The notes below the pieces were generated by a model. That model was not told the DNA's origin. It did no database searches and saw only the letters and a list, made by a program, of their open reading frames with translations. Made by a program: the position numbers and the translations under genes. From an uncultured Gemmatimonadales bacterium (GTDB lineage: Bacteria > Gemmatimonadota > Gemmatimonadetes > Gemmatimonadales > GWC2-71-9), in NCBI GenBank assembly GCA_963730185.1, contig CAVSQW010000009.1, positions 320,001 to 384,000 of the forward strand: 64,000 bases of DNA, written 5' to 3'. Shown here in pieces: positions 26,242-38,036 of this stretch. Positions within the stretch are counted from its first letter, which is position 1. Each line of letters begins with the position of its first letter.

Positions 26242-26394
26242 CGGGGAAGACGGGACGAGACCCGGAGAAGCAGGGTCGGAGCCTGGCACCTCTCCCCGCC
26301 CCTCCACGCCCCTCCACGTCCCCTTCATTCCCTCTTCCCGCCCGCTTCACCCTCGCCCGATGAACGTCCCCCATCCTCAACCCTCGCAGGGTGA

Positions 26395-27816
<1,422 letters not shown>

Positions 27817-27911
27817 GGGCGGTTGACGGCGGCCCTCGGTCGCTGCATGGTATCGGGAGCGGGCGCCGCAGGCGCCCGCTCCCTCTTCCTCCATTGACCC
27901 AGGCACTGGCC

Positions 27912-29555
27912 ATGACAGGCACCCGGATCCCATCGGTTCTGGCGGTTCTCGCGTCGTTCGCGCTCGCTGGGTGCGGCGGCCCTTCGTCGCCCGAGCTGGT
28001 GCTCCATCACGGGAAGATCTTCACGGCGGACACCGCCACGCCATTCGTCGAGGCCCTCGCCATTCGGGACGGCCGGATCGTCCGGATCGGCACCGACGCC
28101 GAGGTGCTCGCGGCGGCGGCGGCCGACGCTCGCCGGGTCGATCTCGGCGGCCGGACGGTGGTTCCGGGCTTCAACGACGCGCACGACCACATCGTGCCCA
28201 CGATGACCGGTGTCTCGTTCGCGACCGGGACCGACCCGCTCCCCGACCCGCCTTTTGCCGTGGTCCGGGACAGCATCCGGGCCATCGCGAGCCGGGTGCC
28301 GAAGGGAAGCTGGATCGAGAGCGACGTCGGGGAGCGGGTCCTGAGCGATCCCGCGGCCCGGCGGGTGGCGTTGGACCGGGTTGCGCCCGATCATCCGGTC
28401 GTCCTCCGAGCCTGGACCGGTCACGGCATGGTGTTCAACTCGGCGGCGCTCGCGGTGGTCGGCGCGAGCGACTCGGTCCGCGATCCGCTGGGGGGACGGT
28501 TCGGTCGGGATGCCGGGGGCCGACTCGACGGGTTGGTGGAGGAGTATGCGAGCTGGGCCCTCTGGCGCGGGCTCGCGCCGAGCGACTCGACCGCGCTCCG
28601 GGGCGGGTTCGAAGACCGGGCCCGGCAGGTGATCGGTTGGGGGATCACCAGCGTCCAGTCGTTCACCACGGGCGAAGATCCGGCCGTGCTCGGGCCGGTG
28701 CTCGGCGGGCTCCACCTGCCGATTCACCTACGAGTCATTCCGATGCCGATGACCTCGCCGACCGGCCGGGTCATGGCGCCGTGGGCCGATTTCCACTCGG
28801 CGGGTGAGGTCGAGGTGTCGGGGATCAAATGGATTCTGGACGGCACCCCGGTCGAGCGTCTGGCCGCCTACCGGCAGCCGTACTCGGATCGTCCGGCTTG
28901 GTACGGCCGGACCGACTTCCCGGCCGATACCCTGGCGGTGATGCTGCGCGAGGCGCTGGACCGGAACCAGCAGCCCCTGATCCACGCCGTGGGCGACAGC
29001 TCGATCGCGATGCTGCTCCACACGATGGAGCGGCTCGCCCCGGACTCGGTCTGGCGAGCTCGGCGGCTCCGGATCGAGCACGGCGAGGGCCTCGCGCCCG
29101 ACCTCATTCCATTGGCGGCTCGGCTGGGGGTGGGCGTGGTCCAGAACCCGTCGCACCTGACGCTGGGTCGGCTGGCGCTGGCGCGAAAGGGTCCGGCCCG
29201 GATGGCGTACTACCAGCCGCTCCAGTCGCTCCGCCGGGCCGGCATCGTCGTGGGGCTGGGCTCCGACGGGCCGCTCAACCCGTTCCTCAATCTGATGCTG
29301 GCCGTGATGCATCCGGACAACCCGGCCGAGGCGCTCACCATGGAGCAGGCGGTCCGGGCCTATACCTGGGGCTCCGCCTGGGCGGAGGGAGAGGAAGACC
29401 AGAAGGGGACGTTGACGCCGGGCAAGTTGGCGGATCTCGCGGTGCTCTCGCAGGACATCTTCACGGCCGCGCCGCCGACCCTGCCGGGCACCACCAGCGT
29501 GCTGACCTTGGTCGCCGGCCGTCCGGTCCACGATCCAGACGGGCTCCTGCGCTGA
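27912..29555 (+). CDS. amidohydrolase-3 (YtcJ-like) lipoprotein
   Basis: Lipobox LAGC; PGFNDAHDH, IHAVGD, RIEHG, LGSDGP, GKLADLAVL. Confidence 0.88.
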   Translation: MTGTRIPSVLAVLASFALAGCGGPSSPELVLHHGKIFTADTATPFVEALAIRDGRIVRIGTDAEVLAAAAADARRVDLGGRTVVPGFNDAHDHIVPTMTGVSFATGTDPLPDPPFAVVRDSIRAIASRVPKGSWIESDVGERVLSDPAARRVALDRVAPDHPVVLRAWTGHGMVFNSAALAVVGASDSVRDPLGGRFGRDAGGRLDGLVEEYASWALWRGLAPSDSTALRGGFEDRARQVIGWGITSVQSFTTGEDPAVLGPVLGGLHLPIHLRVIPMPMTSPTGRVMAPWADFHSAGEVEVSGIKWILDGTPVERLAAYRQPYSDRPAWYGRTDFPADTLAVMLREALDRNQQPLIHAVGDSSIAMLLHTMERLAPDSVWRARRLRIEHGEGLAPDLIPLAARLGVGVVQNPSHLTLGRLALARKGPARMAYYQPLQSLRRAGIVVGLGSDGPLNPFLNLMLAVMHPDNPAEALTMEQAVRAYTWGSAWAEGEEDQKGTLTPGKLADLAVLSQDIFTAAPPTLPGTTSVLTLVAGRPVHDPDGLLR

Positions 29556-29575
29556 GGCTCGGCCGGCCGGCCGCC

Positions 29576-30187
29576 TCAGGGCAACGGTGGCGGGCGGACT
29601 GGACCGCTGTGCGGGTTGGCGACGTTCCGTCCCGACGGCGCTGCGGGCCGACCGTCGGGCCGGCCGGGAACCCCGCGGCGGAGCCGTCCCCAGTGTCCCG
29701 TGGAGAGGGGAATCGCTCCGTACGGAATCGGGTCCAGCGCCGCGTTCGCCACGATGGCCGCGGGATCGGGCCAAGCCCCGTAGTCGTACACCGCCCAGTC
29801 GCCGTCTCGAGCTCGCGCGACGGCCACCCGCTGGATGATCCGGCCGCCCGCGGGGCGGTTGGTGGCAAAGACGTAGATGGCCCAATCCACCGGAGGCGCG
29901 ACCGCCTCGTTCCGTCCGGTGGCCGACTCCAGCAGCCGACGACCGGGGCGGCCCGGCAGGCGTCCCCGCTGGGCCTCGACCCACGATTCCCAGGCCGCTT
30001 CGGGGATGCTGGTTTGGAAGTAGGGGTCGGTCTGGTGCCAGGCGACCCCGCCCTGGCCGCCGGCCACCAGATCGAGCCAGGCGGCCGCCGACGTTTCGGG
30101 GCCGGCCGGCGGCTCCTGGGCCCGACCGATGGCGGACGCCAGGGCCAGCGCGGCCACGACCAGTATGATGGAAAGCTTCGCGCGCAT
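29576..30187 (-). CDS. exported DUF4019-like protein
   Basis: Signal peptide MRAKLSIILVVAALALASA; AAAWLDLV..G....AW......FQ......W and DGDWAVYDY patterns; fills the gap between two plus-strand genes. Confidence 0.6.
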   Translation of the reverse strand: MRAKLSIILVVAALALASAIGRAQEPPAGPETSAAAWLDLVAGGQGGVAWHQTDPYFQTSIPEAAWESWVEAQRGRLPGRPGRRLLESATGRNEAVAPPVDWAIYVFATNRPAGGRIIQRVAVARARDGDWAVYDYGAWPDPAAIVANAALDPIPYGAIPLSTGHWGRLRRGVPGRPDGRPAAPSGRNVANPHSGPVRPPPLP

Positions 30188-30298
30188 GTCCGGTCCCGCG
30201 TCTCCGACTCGAGGAATATGCGCCCGGATCGCGGCACCGTCGATAGTCGCTATCTTGGGAGGCCGGATCTCGTCTGCCACCTACTCCCCATCCGACCC

Positions 30299-31966
30299 AT
30301 GACTTCGCTTCGAGGCTTCGTCCCCTTGCTCGTGCTGCCGCTCGCGACGACCACGCCGGCTCGAGCCCAGGGCATCGACACCGCCGCCGTCGACCACGTG
30401 TTCGCGGCCTACGACCACACCAACTCGCCGGGCTGCGCGCTGGGCGTCTATCGGGACGGGCAGATCGCGTACCAGCGGGGTTACGGGATGGCCAATCTCG
30501 ATCTCGGGGTCCCGATCACGTCTAACACGTTCTTCGATATCGGCTCCACCTCGAAGCAGTTCACGGCCGCCTCGATCGCGCTCTTGGTGGGCGACGGCAA
30601 GATCTCGTTCGACGACGACGTCCGGAAGTACGTGCCCGAGGTGCCCGACTACGGCACCCCGATCACGATCGAGAACCTGATTCGACACACCAGCGGACTC
30701 CGGGACTACAACGGACTGCTCTTTCTGGCCGGTCACCAGGAGGAGGACTACACCAACGACGCCGACGGGTTGGACATCATCGCCCGGCAGCGGGCCCTCA
30801 ACTTCAAGCCGGGGACGCGCTGGGACTATTCCAACACCGGGTTTTTCCTGCTCAGCGTGATCGTCGAGCGGGTGAGCGGCAAGACGCTGTCCGAGTTCGC
30901 GAAGGAACGGATCTTCGCCCCGCTGGGCATGACCGAGACCAACTTCCGGACCGATCATACCCAGATCCTTCCGGGCCGGGCGGTCGGCTACGCGCCGCGC
31001 CCCGAGGGCGGTTTTCGGATCGAGATGTCGGACTGGGATCAGACCGGCGACGGGGCGGTCAACACGTCGATCAACGAGCTAATTCGCTGGGATGAGAACT
31101 TCTACCACCCGATCGTCGGCGGCCAGGCGATGGTCGACCGGCTTCAGGCGCCCGGGACGCTCGACGACGGCACCCCGCACGGCTACGGCCGCGGCCTCTT
31201 CGTCGATACCTATCGCGGCCTCCGGCGGGTGCATCACGGGGGGGCGTGGGCGGGGTACCGGGCGATGCTGATGCGGTTTCCGGAGCGGCACACTTCGGTG
31301 GGGCTGCTCTGCAACCTGGCCAGTGCCAGCACCCAGACGCTGTCGGAGCAGGTCGCCGACGTGGTGATTGGCTCTGGCTTCCCCGAGGCCAAGCCCGCGA
31401 CGGCCCAGGCGGCGGAAGCGCCGGCCGCCCCGACGACGCCGGTGAACGCCGCCCGCTACGCCGGTCTCTACTTTTCGACCGCCGAGCAGGGCGTGGTCCG
31501 GATCGCCGCCCAGGACGGCGGCATCGCGGCCGGGGTCTTCGGGGCGACGCTGCCGCTCCGACCGACCGGCCCCGACCAGTTCACATCGACGGGGTTCCCG
31601 GTGGTGATCGGGTTCGGCGGCGCAGCCTCGGGCCGGGCCGACACCCTCCGTCTGTCGGTTCTGGGTGACCAGCGGGTCTACACCCGGGTGGCGGAGGCGC
31701 ACCCGACGGCGGCCGACCTGGCCGAGCTGGCGGGCAGCTACTACAGCCCGGAGCTCGACGTCACCTGGCGGGTGGCCTTGGAAGACGGGAAGGCGGTGCT
31801 GCACGCCCGCGGGCTCGACAACGGCACCTTGGAGCCGGCCATGAAGGATGGCTTTACCGGCGGAACCGGCTTCGCCCGCTTCCTCCGGGACCCAAGAGGG
31901 CGGATCGTCGGCTTCGACCTGAGCGCCAGCCGGACCCAAGGGATCCGGTTCGAGCGGAGACGTTAG
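30299..31966 (+). CDS. serine hydrolase (beta-lactamase class C / penicillin-binding protein family), exported
   Basis: SxxK (GSTSKQF), HTSG, YxN (WDYSN) and HGG; signal peptide from ATG 30299. Confidence 0.9.
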   Translation: MTSLRGFVPLLVLPLATTTPARAQGIDTAAVDHVFAAYDHTNSPGCALGVYRDGQIAYQRGYGMANLDLGVPITSNTFFDIGSTSKQFTAASIALLVGDGKISFDDDVRKYVPEVPDYGTPITIENLIRHTSGLRDYNGLLFLAGHQEEDYTNDADGLDIIARQRALNFKPGTRWDYSNTGFFLLSVIVERVSGKTLSEFAKERIFAPLGMTETNFRTDHTQILPGRAVGYAPRPEGGFRIEMSDWDQTGDGAVNTSINELIRWDENFYHPIVGGQAMVDRLQAPGTLDDGTPHGYGRGLFVDTYRGLRRVHHGGAWAGYRAMLMRFPERHTSVGLLCNLASASTQTLSEQVADVVIGSGFPEAKPATAQAAEAPAAPTTPVNAARYAGLYFSTAEQGVVRIAAQDGGIAAGVFGATLPLRPTGPDQFTSTGFPVVIGFGGAASGRADTLRLSVLGDQRVYTRVAEAHPTAADLAELAGSYYSPELDVTWRVALEDGKAVLHARGLDNGTLEPAMKDGFTGGTGFARFLRDPRGRIVGFDLSASRTQGIRFERRR

Positions 31967-33472
31967 GCGAAGGCGGCCCGGAGGGCCGGCTTCGTGACCT
32001 TGCCCATGGCGTTCCTGGGGAGGGCGTCGACCAGGCGGATCTCCGGGGCAGCTTGTAGGGGGCCAGACGCTCGCGGGCCCAGGCGGAGCGCAGCGGCGAT
32101 CGGGGCGCCACCCGCGCCGGCGGCGACGAAGGCCGCGCACGACGCGCTCGCCCCAGTCGGGGTCGGGCACGCCCACCACGGCCGCGTCGCTCGATGTCGG
32201 GATGCTCCCGGAGGACGTCCTCGATCTCGAGCGCCGAGATCTTGTACCCGCCGGTCTTGATGATGTCCGACGCTCGCCGGCCCAGGATCCGATAGACGCC
32301 GTCCTCCACCACCGCGACGTCGCCCGTCCGGAACCAGTCCGTCGTGGAAGGCGGCCGGGCGGTCTCGGCGGGCCGGCTCCCAGTATCGCCGGAACACCGT
32401 GCGGTCCCCGCACCTCGATCTCGCCGGGCGTGCCCGTCCTCGACGGGCCCGCCCGCGTCGTCGACCAGCCGCACCTCGACGCCGGGCAGCGGCCGGCCCG
32501 ACGGTGCCGGCGCGGCGCTCTCCGGCGAGCGGATTGGAGAGCGCCATCCCGATCTCGGTCATGCCGTAGCGCTCGAGCAGGCGTGTGGCCGGTGATCTCC
32601 CGCCAGCGGTCGAACGCCGGACGGGGAGCGCCGCGGAGCCGGAGACCATCAGCCGGAGGCCCCGGGCGCCGTCCGACCATGCGTCGCCGGTGGTGCCGCT
32701 CGGCCGCCTCCCAGGCGCCGATCAGGCGGAGGTAGATCGTCGGAACGGCCATGAACAGGGTCAGGTCGGCCCCCGGCCAGCCGGTCCCAGGCCGCGACGG
32801 GCGTCGAACGGCGGCAGCATCTCGACGGTGCGCGCCGGCAGCCGGAGCGCGCACGAGCAGGGCGTTGACGATGCCGTGCACGTGGTGGAGCGGCAAGCAC
32901 GTGGAGGATGCGGTCGTCGGCGGTCCAGCCCCAGGCCTCGACCAGGGCCGCGACCTGGGCGTCGAGGTTCGCCGTGGGTGAGGACGACGCCCTTCGGCCG
33001 GCCGGTGGTGCCGCTCGTGTAGAGCATCAGGGCCGCGCCGGTCGGGGTCGAACCCGGGAAGCGCCGGTGCCGGCTCGGCGGCGAGCAGGGCCTCGGTGGC
33101 CACGAACCGGATGCCCCGCTCCCGGGCCAGCGGCTCCAGCCGCTCGGCCGAGGTCCGGTCAGCGACCGCGGTGGTAACCCCCGCGTCGGCGAGGGTGTAG
33201 GCGAGCTCGCGCTCGGGGTGGCTCGTGGCCAGAGGCACGGCGATGCCCCCGGCCCGCCAGATGGCCCATTGGACGGCGACGTGGGTCCGGCCCGGCGGCA
33301 CCAGGTAGGCCACCCGCTCCTCGGCGAGGTCGGATCGGCCGTCGAGCAAGCCGCCCGCCACCCGCCGGCTCGCGTCCCGCAACTCGGCGTAGGTCCAGGC
33401 GCCGGCGTCGTCGCTCAGCGCAAGGTGCGTCCCGCGGCCGGCGGCGCGGTCGAAGAGGTGGGCGACAGGCAC
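31963..33472 (-). pseudogene. acyl-CoA synthetase (MatB/ACSF3-like ANL enzyme) broken by many frameshifts; pseudogene or sequencing artefact
   Basis: Conserved motifs lie in different frames: YTSGTTGRPKG, LPLHHVHG, FMAVPTIY, VSGSAAL, ERYGMTE, GEIEVRG, WFRTGD, IIKTGGYKISALEIE, LPRNAMGKV. Confidence 0.85.
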
Positions 33473-33520
33473 GGGCGAAGTGTAGATTGAAGGCTGTCCC
33501 CTCGCCATCAGGCCCCGATC

Positions 33521-34111
33521 ATGAACCCAACACCGGTGGTACTCTACGGCGAGCACGTCCGGCTCGAGCCGCTCGACCACCGTCACGCCGACGACTTGTT
33601 CGAGGCCGCGCAGGACGACGACGTCTGGCGGTACATGCCGGTGCCTCGGCCGACGGAGCGCGAGGGTCTGATCGCCCTGATCGACAAGGCGTGGAAGGCG
33701 GCGTCGGAGGGGACGGAGATCCCGTTCGCGATCATCGAGAGCGAGGCCGACAAGGCGGTTGGGTCGACCCGGTTTCTCGAGATCCGGCGGCCCGATCGGG
33801 CGCTCGAGGTCGGATGGACCTGGCTCGGGCCGGCGGCACAGCGCACCGTGGTGAACACCGAGTGCAAGTTCCTTCTCCTGCGCCATGCCTTTGAGGACCT
33901 CGGCGCCATCCGGGTGCAGCTCAAGACCGACGGCCGAAACGAACGGTCGCAGCGGTCCATCGAGCGGCTGGGCGCCAAGAAGGAGGGCGTTCTCCGGAAA
34001 CACCGGTTCACCTGGGACGGCGTCTACCGCGACACCGTCTACTACAGCATCCTGGCCGACGAATGGCACGACGTGAAGTACCGGTTGGAGACCCTCCTGG
34101 TCCGCACCTGA
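33521..34111 (+). CDS. GNAT acetyltransferase, RimJ/RimL family
   Basis: VRLEPL, LEVGWTWL...QRTVVNTECK, RVQLKTD.RNERSQR.IERLGA..EG.LR.H, RDTVYYSIL..EW. Confidence 0.9.
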   Translation: MNPTPVVLYGEHVRLEPLDHRHADDLFEAAQDDDVWRYMPVPRPTEREGLIALIDKAWKAASEGTEIPFAIIESEADKAVGSTRFLEIRRPDRALEVGWTWLGPAAQRTVVNTECKFLLLRHAFEDLGAIRVQLKTDGRNERSQRSIERLGAKKEGVLRKHRFTWDGVYRDTVYYSILADEWHDVKYRLETLLVRT

Positions 34112-34172
34112 TCCTCCCCGCGGGGCCGGGTCTGCCCGACCCGCGCTCGGTCGGGAGTCCCTCGCCGTTCCG

Positions 34173-34937
34173 ATGACCGTCGCCGTTCCGCCGGAGGTGG
34201 TGTCCGCTCTCCGTCAGGCGCGCCACGTCGGCGTGTTGACGGGCGCCGGCGTGTCCGCGGAGAGCGGGATCCCGACCTTTCGCGAGGCGCTCGCCGGGCT
34301 CTGGGCCCGCGCCGATCCGGCGGAGCTGGCCAGTCCCGGCGGCTTCGCGCGGGATCCCGAGCGGGTCTGGCGCTGGTATCGCGAGCGCCGGATGGCGATC
34401 GCGCGGGCGGAGCCGAACCCGGCCCACCGGGCGTTGGTCGACCTGGAGGGCCGAGTCGACCGGTTTACGCTGATCACCCAGAACGTCGATTCGCTCCATG
34501 CCCGGGCGGGCAATCGCGAGGTGGTCGAGTTGCACGGCAACATTACCCGGGTCCGCTGCTCGGTCGAGAACGTCGTGGTCACCGATTTCGAGGACGGCGA
34601 CGCCGTGCCGACCTGCCCGGCATGCGGCGCCTACCTTCGGCCCGACGTGGTGTGGTTCGGTGAGCTCCTGCCGATGGCCGCCCTGGAACGGGCCTGGGCC
34701 GCGGCCCGGGACGCCGATCTCTTCCTGTCGGTCGGGACGTCGAACCTGGTGGAGCCGGCCGCGTCGCTGCCGTGGATCGCGGCTCGGAGCGGGGCGCTCG
34801 TGGTGGTGGTGAACCCGTCGGACGAAGGTCAGCAGCGCGGCCCGAAGATCCATCACCTCGCCGGGCCAGCCGGCCAGGTACTCCCGGCCCTCCTCGCCGC
34901 CGCCTGGCCCGACTCGGCCGCTCAGGCCTCCGGGTAG
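34173..34937 (+). CDS. cobB: NAD-dependent protein deacylase (sirtuin, class III-like)
   Basis: GAGVSAESGIPTFR, WYxxR (WRWYRERR), TQNVDSLH, ELHG, LRPDVVWFGE, VGTS, VVNP. The first Zn-binding CxxC appears as CSVE. Confidence 0.92.
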   Translation: MTVAVPPEVVSALRQARHVGVLTGAGVSAESGIPTFREALAGLWARADPAELASPGGFARDPERVWRWYRERRMAIARAEPNPAHRALVDLEGRVDRFTLITQNVDSLHARAGNREVVELHGNITRVRCSVENVVVTDFEDGDAVPTCPACGAYLRPDVVWFGELLPMAALERAWAAARDADLFLSVGTSNLVEPAASLPWIAARSGALVVVVNPSDEGQQRGPKIHHLAGPAGQVLPALLAAAWPDSAAQASG

Positions 34938-34946
34938 ATTCCAGGC

Positions 34947-37001
34947 ATGACCGAGCTTCCCCAGCCGCCGCGCGCCCTCATCCGCGGTCGGCGTTTCTCC
35001 TTGCACGGCAACGAGTTCACCGACGACTACGCCTGGCTCCGGGAGCGCGAGAACCCCGAGGTCCGGGCCTACCTCGAGGCCGAGAACGAGTACGCCGAAG
35101 CCGTCCTGGCCCCCTTGGCGCCGCTTGCCGACACGCTCTACCGCGAGATGCTGGGACGGATCAAGCAGACCGACCTGTCGGTGCCCTACCGCGAAGGTGG
35201 GTACTGGTACTACACCCGGACCGAGGAGGGCAAGCAGTATCCGATCTACTGTCGGAAGCCGGAGTCGCTGGAGCGCGAGGAGCAGGTCCTAGTCGATCTG
35301 AATCAGCTCGCCGAAGGTCTCCCCTTCATGGCGCTGGGCGCGTACGAGGTGAGCCCGAACGGCCGCTACCTGGCCTACTCCACCGACGCGACCGGCTTCC
35401 GCGACTACCAGCTGGTGGTCAAGGATCTCGAGACGGGCGCCGAGGTGCTGGGCCCGATCGGACGAGCCGGCTCGGTCGCCTGGGCGCTCGACGACACGAC
35501 CTTTTTCTACACCGTGGAGGACGACGCCAAGCGCGACTACCGGGTCTACCGCCAGCGGCGCGACGGTGCCCCCCGGGAGCTGGTCTACGAAGAGCCGGAC
35601 GAGCGGTTCCGCACCTTCGTCCACGCCACCCGGAGTCTCCGCTACCTCCTGCTTCACGTGGTGAGCCACACCACCTCCGAGGTTCGCTATCTGGCCGCCG
35701 ACCGGCCCGAGGGCGACTGGCGGTTGATCGCGCCCCGGGTCGCCGACCGCGAGTACGATCTCGACCACCTCGGCGACCGGTTCTTCATCAGGATCAACGA
35801 CACCGGGCCCAACTTCCGGGTGGTGACCTCGCCGGTCGACGACCCCCGGCCGGAGCGTTGGCAGGAGGTGCTGCCCCATCGCGACGGGGTGGTGCTCGAG
35901 GACGTGGAGTGCTTCCGGGGCCATTGGGTCAGCTGGGAGCGCCGCAACGGCCTGCCGGCCGTCCGGGTCACGGACGCGGCGACCTGGGCCGCCCACGATC
36001 TGGAGTTTCCGGAGGCGGTGTACGACGTCCGCTCGGGCGCCAACGCGGAATACGACACCACCAAGCTCCGCTACGTCTACGACTCGTTCGTGACCCCGAC
36101 CTCCGTGTTCGAGGTGGACATGGCGACCGGCGCGCGCGAGCTCCTCAAGCGGCGGGAGGTGCTGGGCGGGTACGACCCCGAGCACTACACCAGCGAGCGG
36201 CTGCACGCCACCGCGGCCGACGGCACCAGCATCCCCGTCTCCCTGGTCCGTCGGAAGGACCTCGACCCCTCCCGCCCGGGTCCGGTGCACCTGACGGGTT
36301 ATGGAGCCTACGCCATTCCCTATCCGGTGTCGTTCGACTCGAATCGGGTGTCTCTGCTCGACCGAGGAGTCACCGTGGCGATCGCCCATATCCGGGGTGG
36401 GGGCGAAATGGGGCGGCGCTGGCACGACCAGGGCCGCCTGGCGCACAAGATGAACACCTTCACCGATTTCATCGCGGCGGTCGATCACCTGGTCGAGCGC
36501 GGGCGCACCCGGACCGACCTGCTGACGATGGAGGGCGGCAGCGCCGGCGGGCTCCTGATGGGGGCGGTCCTCAACCTCCGTCCCGGGTGCTGCCAGGCGG
36601 CGGTGCTCCAGGTGCCGTTCGTCGACGTGGTCAATACCATGCTGGACGCCAGCCTGCCGCTCACGGTCGGCGAGTACGAGGAGTGGGGCAACCCGGCGGT
36701 GCTCGAGCAGTACCAGTGGATCCGGGCCTACTGTCCCTATACCAACCTCGAGAGCCGCGACTATCCGGCCATGCTGGTGCGCACCTCGATCAACGACAGC
36801 CAGGTGATGTACTGGGAGCCGGCCAAGTACGTGGCCCGGCTCCGCCGGCTCCGAACCGACCGTCACCCCTTCTTGTTGCTGACCAATCTCGGCGCCGGGC
36901 ACGGCGGCGCGTCCGGTCGCTACGACCGGCTTCGGGAGATCGCGACGGAGTACGGGTTCGTTCTCTGGCAGCTGGGCCTCGAGGCGCCGATCGGGCCTTG
37001 A
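34947..37001 (+). CDS. ptrB: oligopeptidase B (S9A prolyl oligopeptidase family)
   Basis: DDYAWLR, GYGAY, AHIRGGGE, nucleophile GGSAGG, EYEEWGNP, NDSQV and AGHGG. Confidence 0.92.
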   Translation: MTELPQPPRALIRGRRFSLHGNEFTDDYAWLRERENPEVRAYLEAENEYAEAVLAPLAPLADTLYREMLGRIKQTDLSVPYREGGYWYYTRTEEGKQYPIYCRKPESLEREEQVLVDLNQLAEGLPFMALGAYEVSPNGRYLAYSTDATGFRDYQLVVKDLETGAEVLGPIGRAGSVAWALDDTTFFYTVEDDAKRDYRVYRQRRDGAPRELVYEEPDERFRTFVHATRSLRYLLLHVVSHTTSEVRYLAADRPEGDWRLIAPRVADREYDLDHLGDRFFIRINDTGPNFRVVTSPVDDPRPERWQEVLPHRDGVVLEDVECFRGHWVSWERRNGLPAVRVTDAATWAAHDLEFPEAVYDVRSGANAEYDTTKLRYVYDSFVTPTSVFEVDMATGARELLKRREVLGGYDPEHYTSERLHATAADGTSIPVSLVRRKDLDPSRPGPVHLTGYGAYAIPYPVSFDSNRVSLLDRGVTVAIAHIRGGGEMGRRWHDQGRLAHKMNTFTDFIAAVDHLVERGRTRTDLLTMEGGSAGGLLMGAVLNLRPGCCQAAVLQVPFVDVVNTMLDASLPLTVGEYEEWGNPAVLEQYQWIRAYCPYTNLESRDYPAMLVRTSINDSQVMYWEPAKYVARLRRLRTDRHPFLLLTNLGAGHGGASGRYDRLREIATEYGFVLWQLGLEAPIGP

Positions 37002-37071
37002 CGACCCCAGCCGCGGGCCGGACATTGGCGGAACCTCGCCCCTGAGCTCGCTCCCGCTTTCCGGAGCCCCG

Positions 37072-38004
37072 ATGATCTCCACCCAGACCGTTCTGCTCGC
37101 GGCGCTCGCCGTGTCGGGCGCCGTCTATCTCCTCCTCTGGTACCGTCTCAGCCGCGACCCGACCCGGGCGGCGCTCCGGCCGGCCGACGACCATGGTCCG
37201 CCGACCGGTCACAGCCTCTGGATCGGCGCGGTCACCAACTTCTTCGATACGCTGGGCATCGGGTCCTTCGCGCCCACCACGTCGTTCTTCCGGATCTTCC
37301 GGGTAGTGCCCGACGAGCGGATCCCCGGCACGATGAACGTCGGGCACACGCCACCCACGATGCTGGAGGCCTTTCTCTTCATCGCCGGGGTGATGGTCGA
37401 GCCGATGACGCTGGCGGTGCTGATCGCGGCGTCGGTGGTCGGCGCGTGGCTGGGGGCCGGCGTGGTGGCCAGTTGGCCCAGGCGGAACATCCAGATCGGC
37501 ATGGGGGTCGCCCTGATCATCGCGGCCTTCATCTTCGCCGCCAGGAACCTTGGGCTCTACGGCGCCATGGGCGACGACGTCAGCGGAGCGATCGGCCTGA
37601 CCGGGGGAACGCTGCTGGTGGCCGCGCTCGGAAACTTCGTCCTGGGCGCCCTGATGACCCTGGGCATCGGGATGTATGCCCCGCTCCTGATCCTCCTCAC
37701 CTTCCTCGGGATGAACCCTCGGTCGGTGTTCCCGATCATGATGGGGTCGGCCGCGTTCCTGATGGTGGTGGCCGGGATCCGATTCCTCCGGGCCGGCGCT
37801 TACCGCCAGCGTCCGGCGCTCGGTCTCACGATCGCGGGGCTGCCCGCCGTCTGGATCGCCGCGCGGATCGTGAAGGAGATGGACCTGGTGAAGCTTCGCT
37901 GGCTGGTGGCGGCGGTAGTGCTCTATACCGCGGTGACCATGCTCCGCGCGGCCTGGCGCGAGCGCCGGGACCCGGCGGCGGGGGCTAGCCCGGAGGCCTC
38001 CTAG
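37072..38004 (+). CDS. TauE/SafE (TSUP) family membrane transporter
   Basis: About 9 TM segments; internally repeated NFFDTLGIGSFA and GALMTLGIGMYAP motifs; FPIMMGS. Confidence 0.8.
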   Translation: MISTQTVLLAALAVSGAVYLLLWYRLSRDPTRAALRPADDHGPPTGHSLWIGAVTNFFDTLGIGSFAPTTSFFRIFRVVPDERIPGTMNVGHTPPTMLEAFLFIAGVMVEPMTLAVLIAASVVGAWLGAGVVASWPRRNIQIGMGVALIIAAFIFAARNLGLYGAMGDDVSGAIGLTGGTLLVAALGNFVLGALMTLGIGMYAPLLILLTFLGMNPRSVFPIMMGSAAFLMVVAGIRFLRAGAYRQRPALGLTIAGLPAVWIAARIVKEMDLVKLRWLVAAVVLYTAVTMLRAAWRERRDPAAGASPEAS

Positions 38005-38036
38005 CCTCTTAGCCTCCAGAGAGAGAGGAGGCATCC

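Noticed and set aside
30299..31966. Antibiotic-resistance beta-lactamase
   Set aside because: The SxxK/YxN/HGG pattern with C-terminal extra domains fits generic serine hydrolases/peptidases; resistance cannot be inferred from sequence.
31963..33060. Programmed ribosomal frameshifting or RNA editing in the acyl-CoA synthetase
   Set aside because: There are too many shifts in both directions and no recurring slippery sequence; sequence error or decay is simpler.
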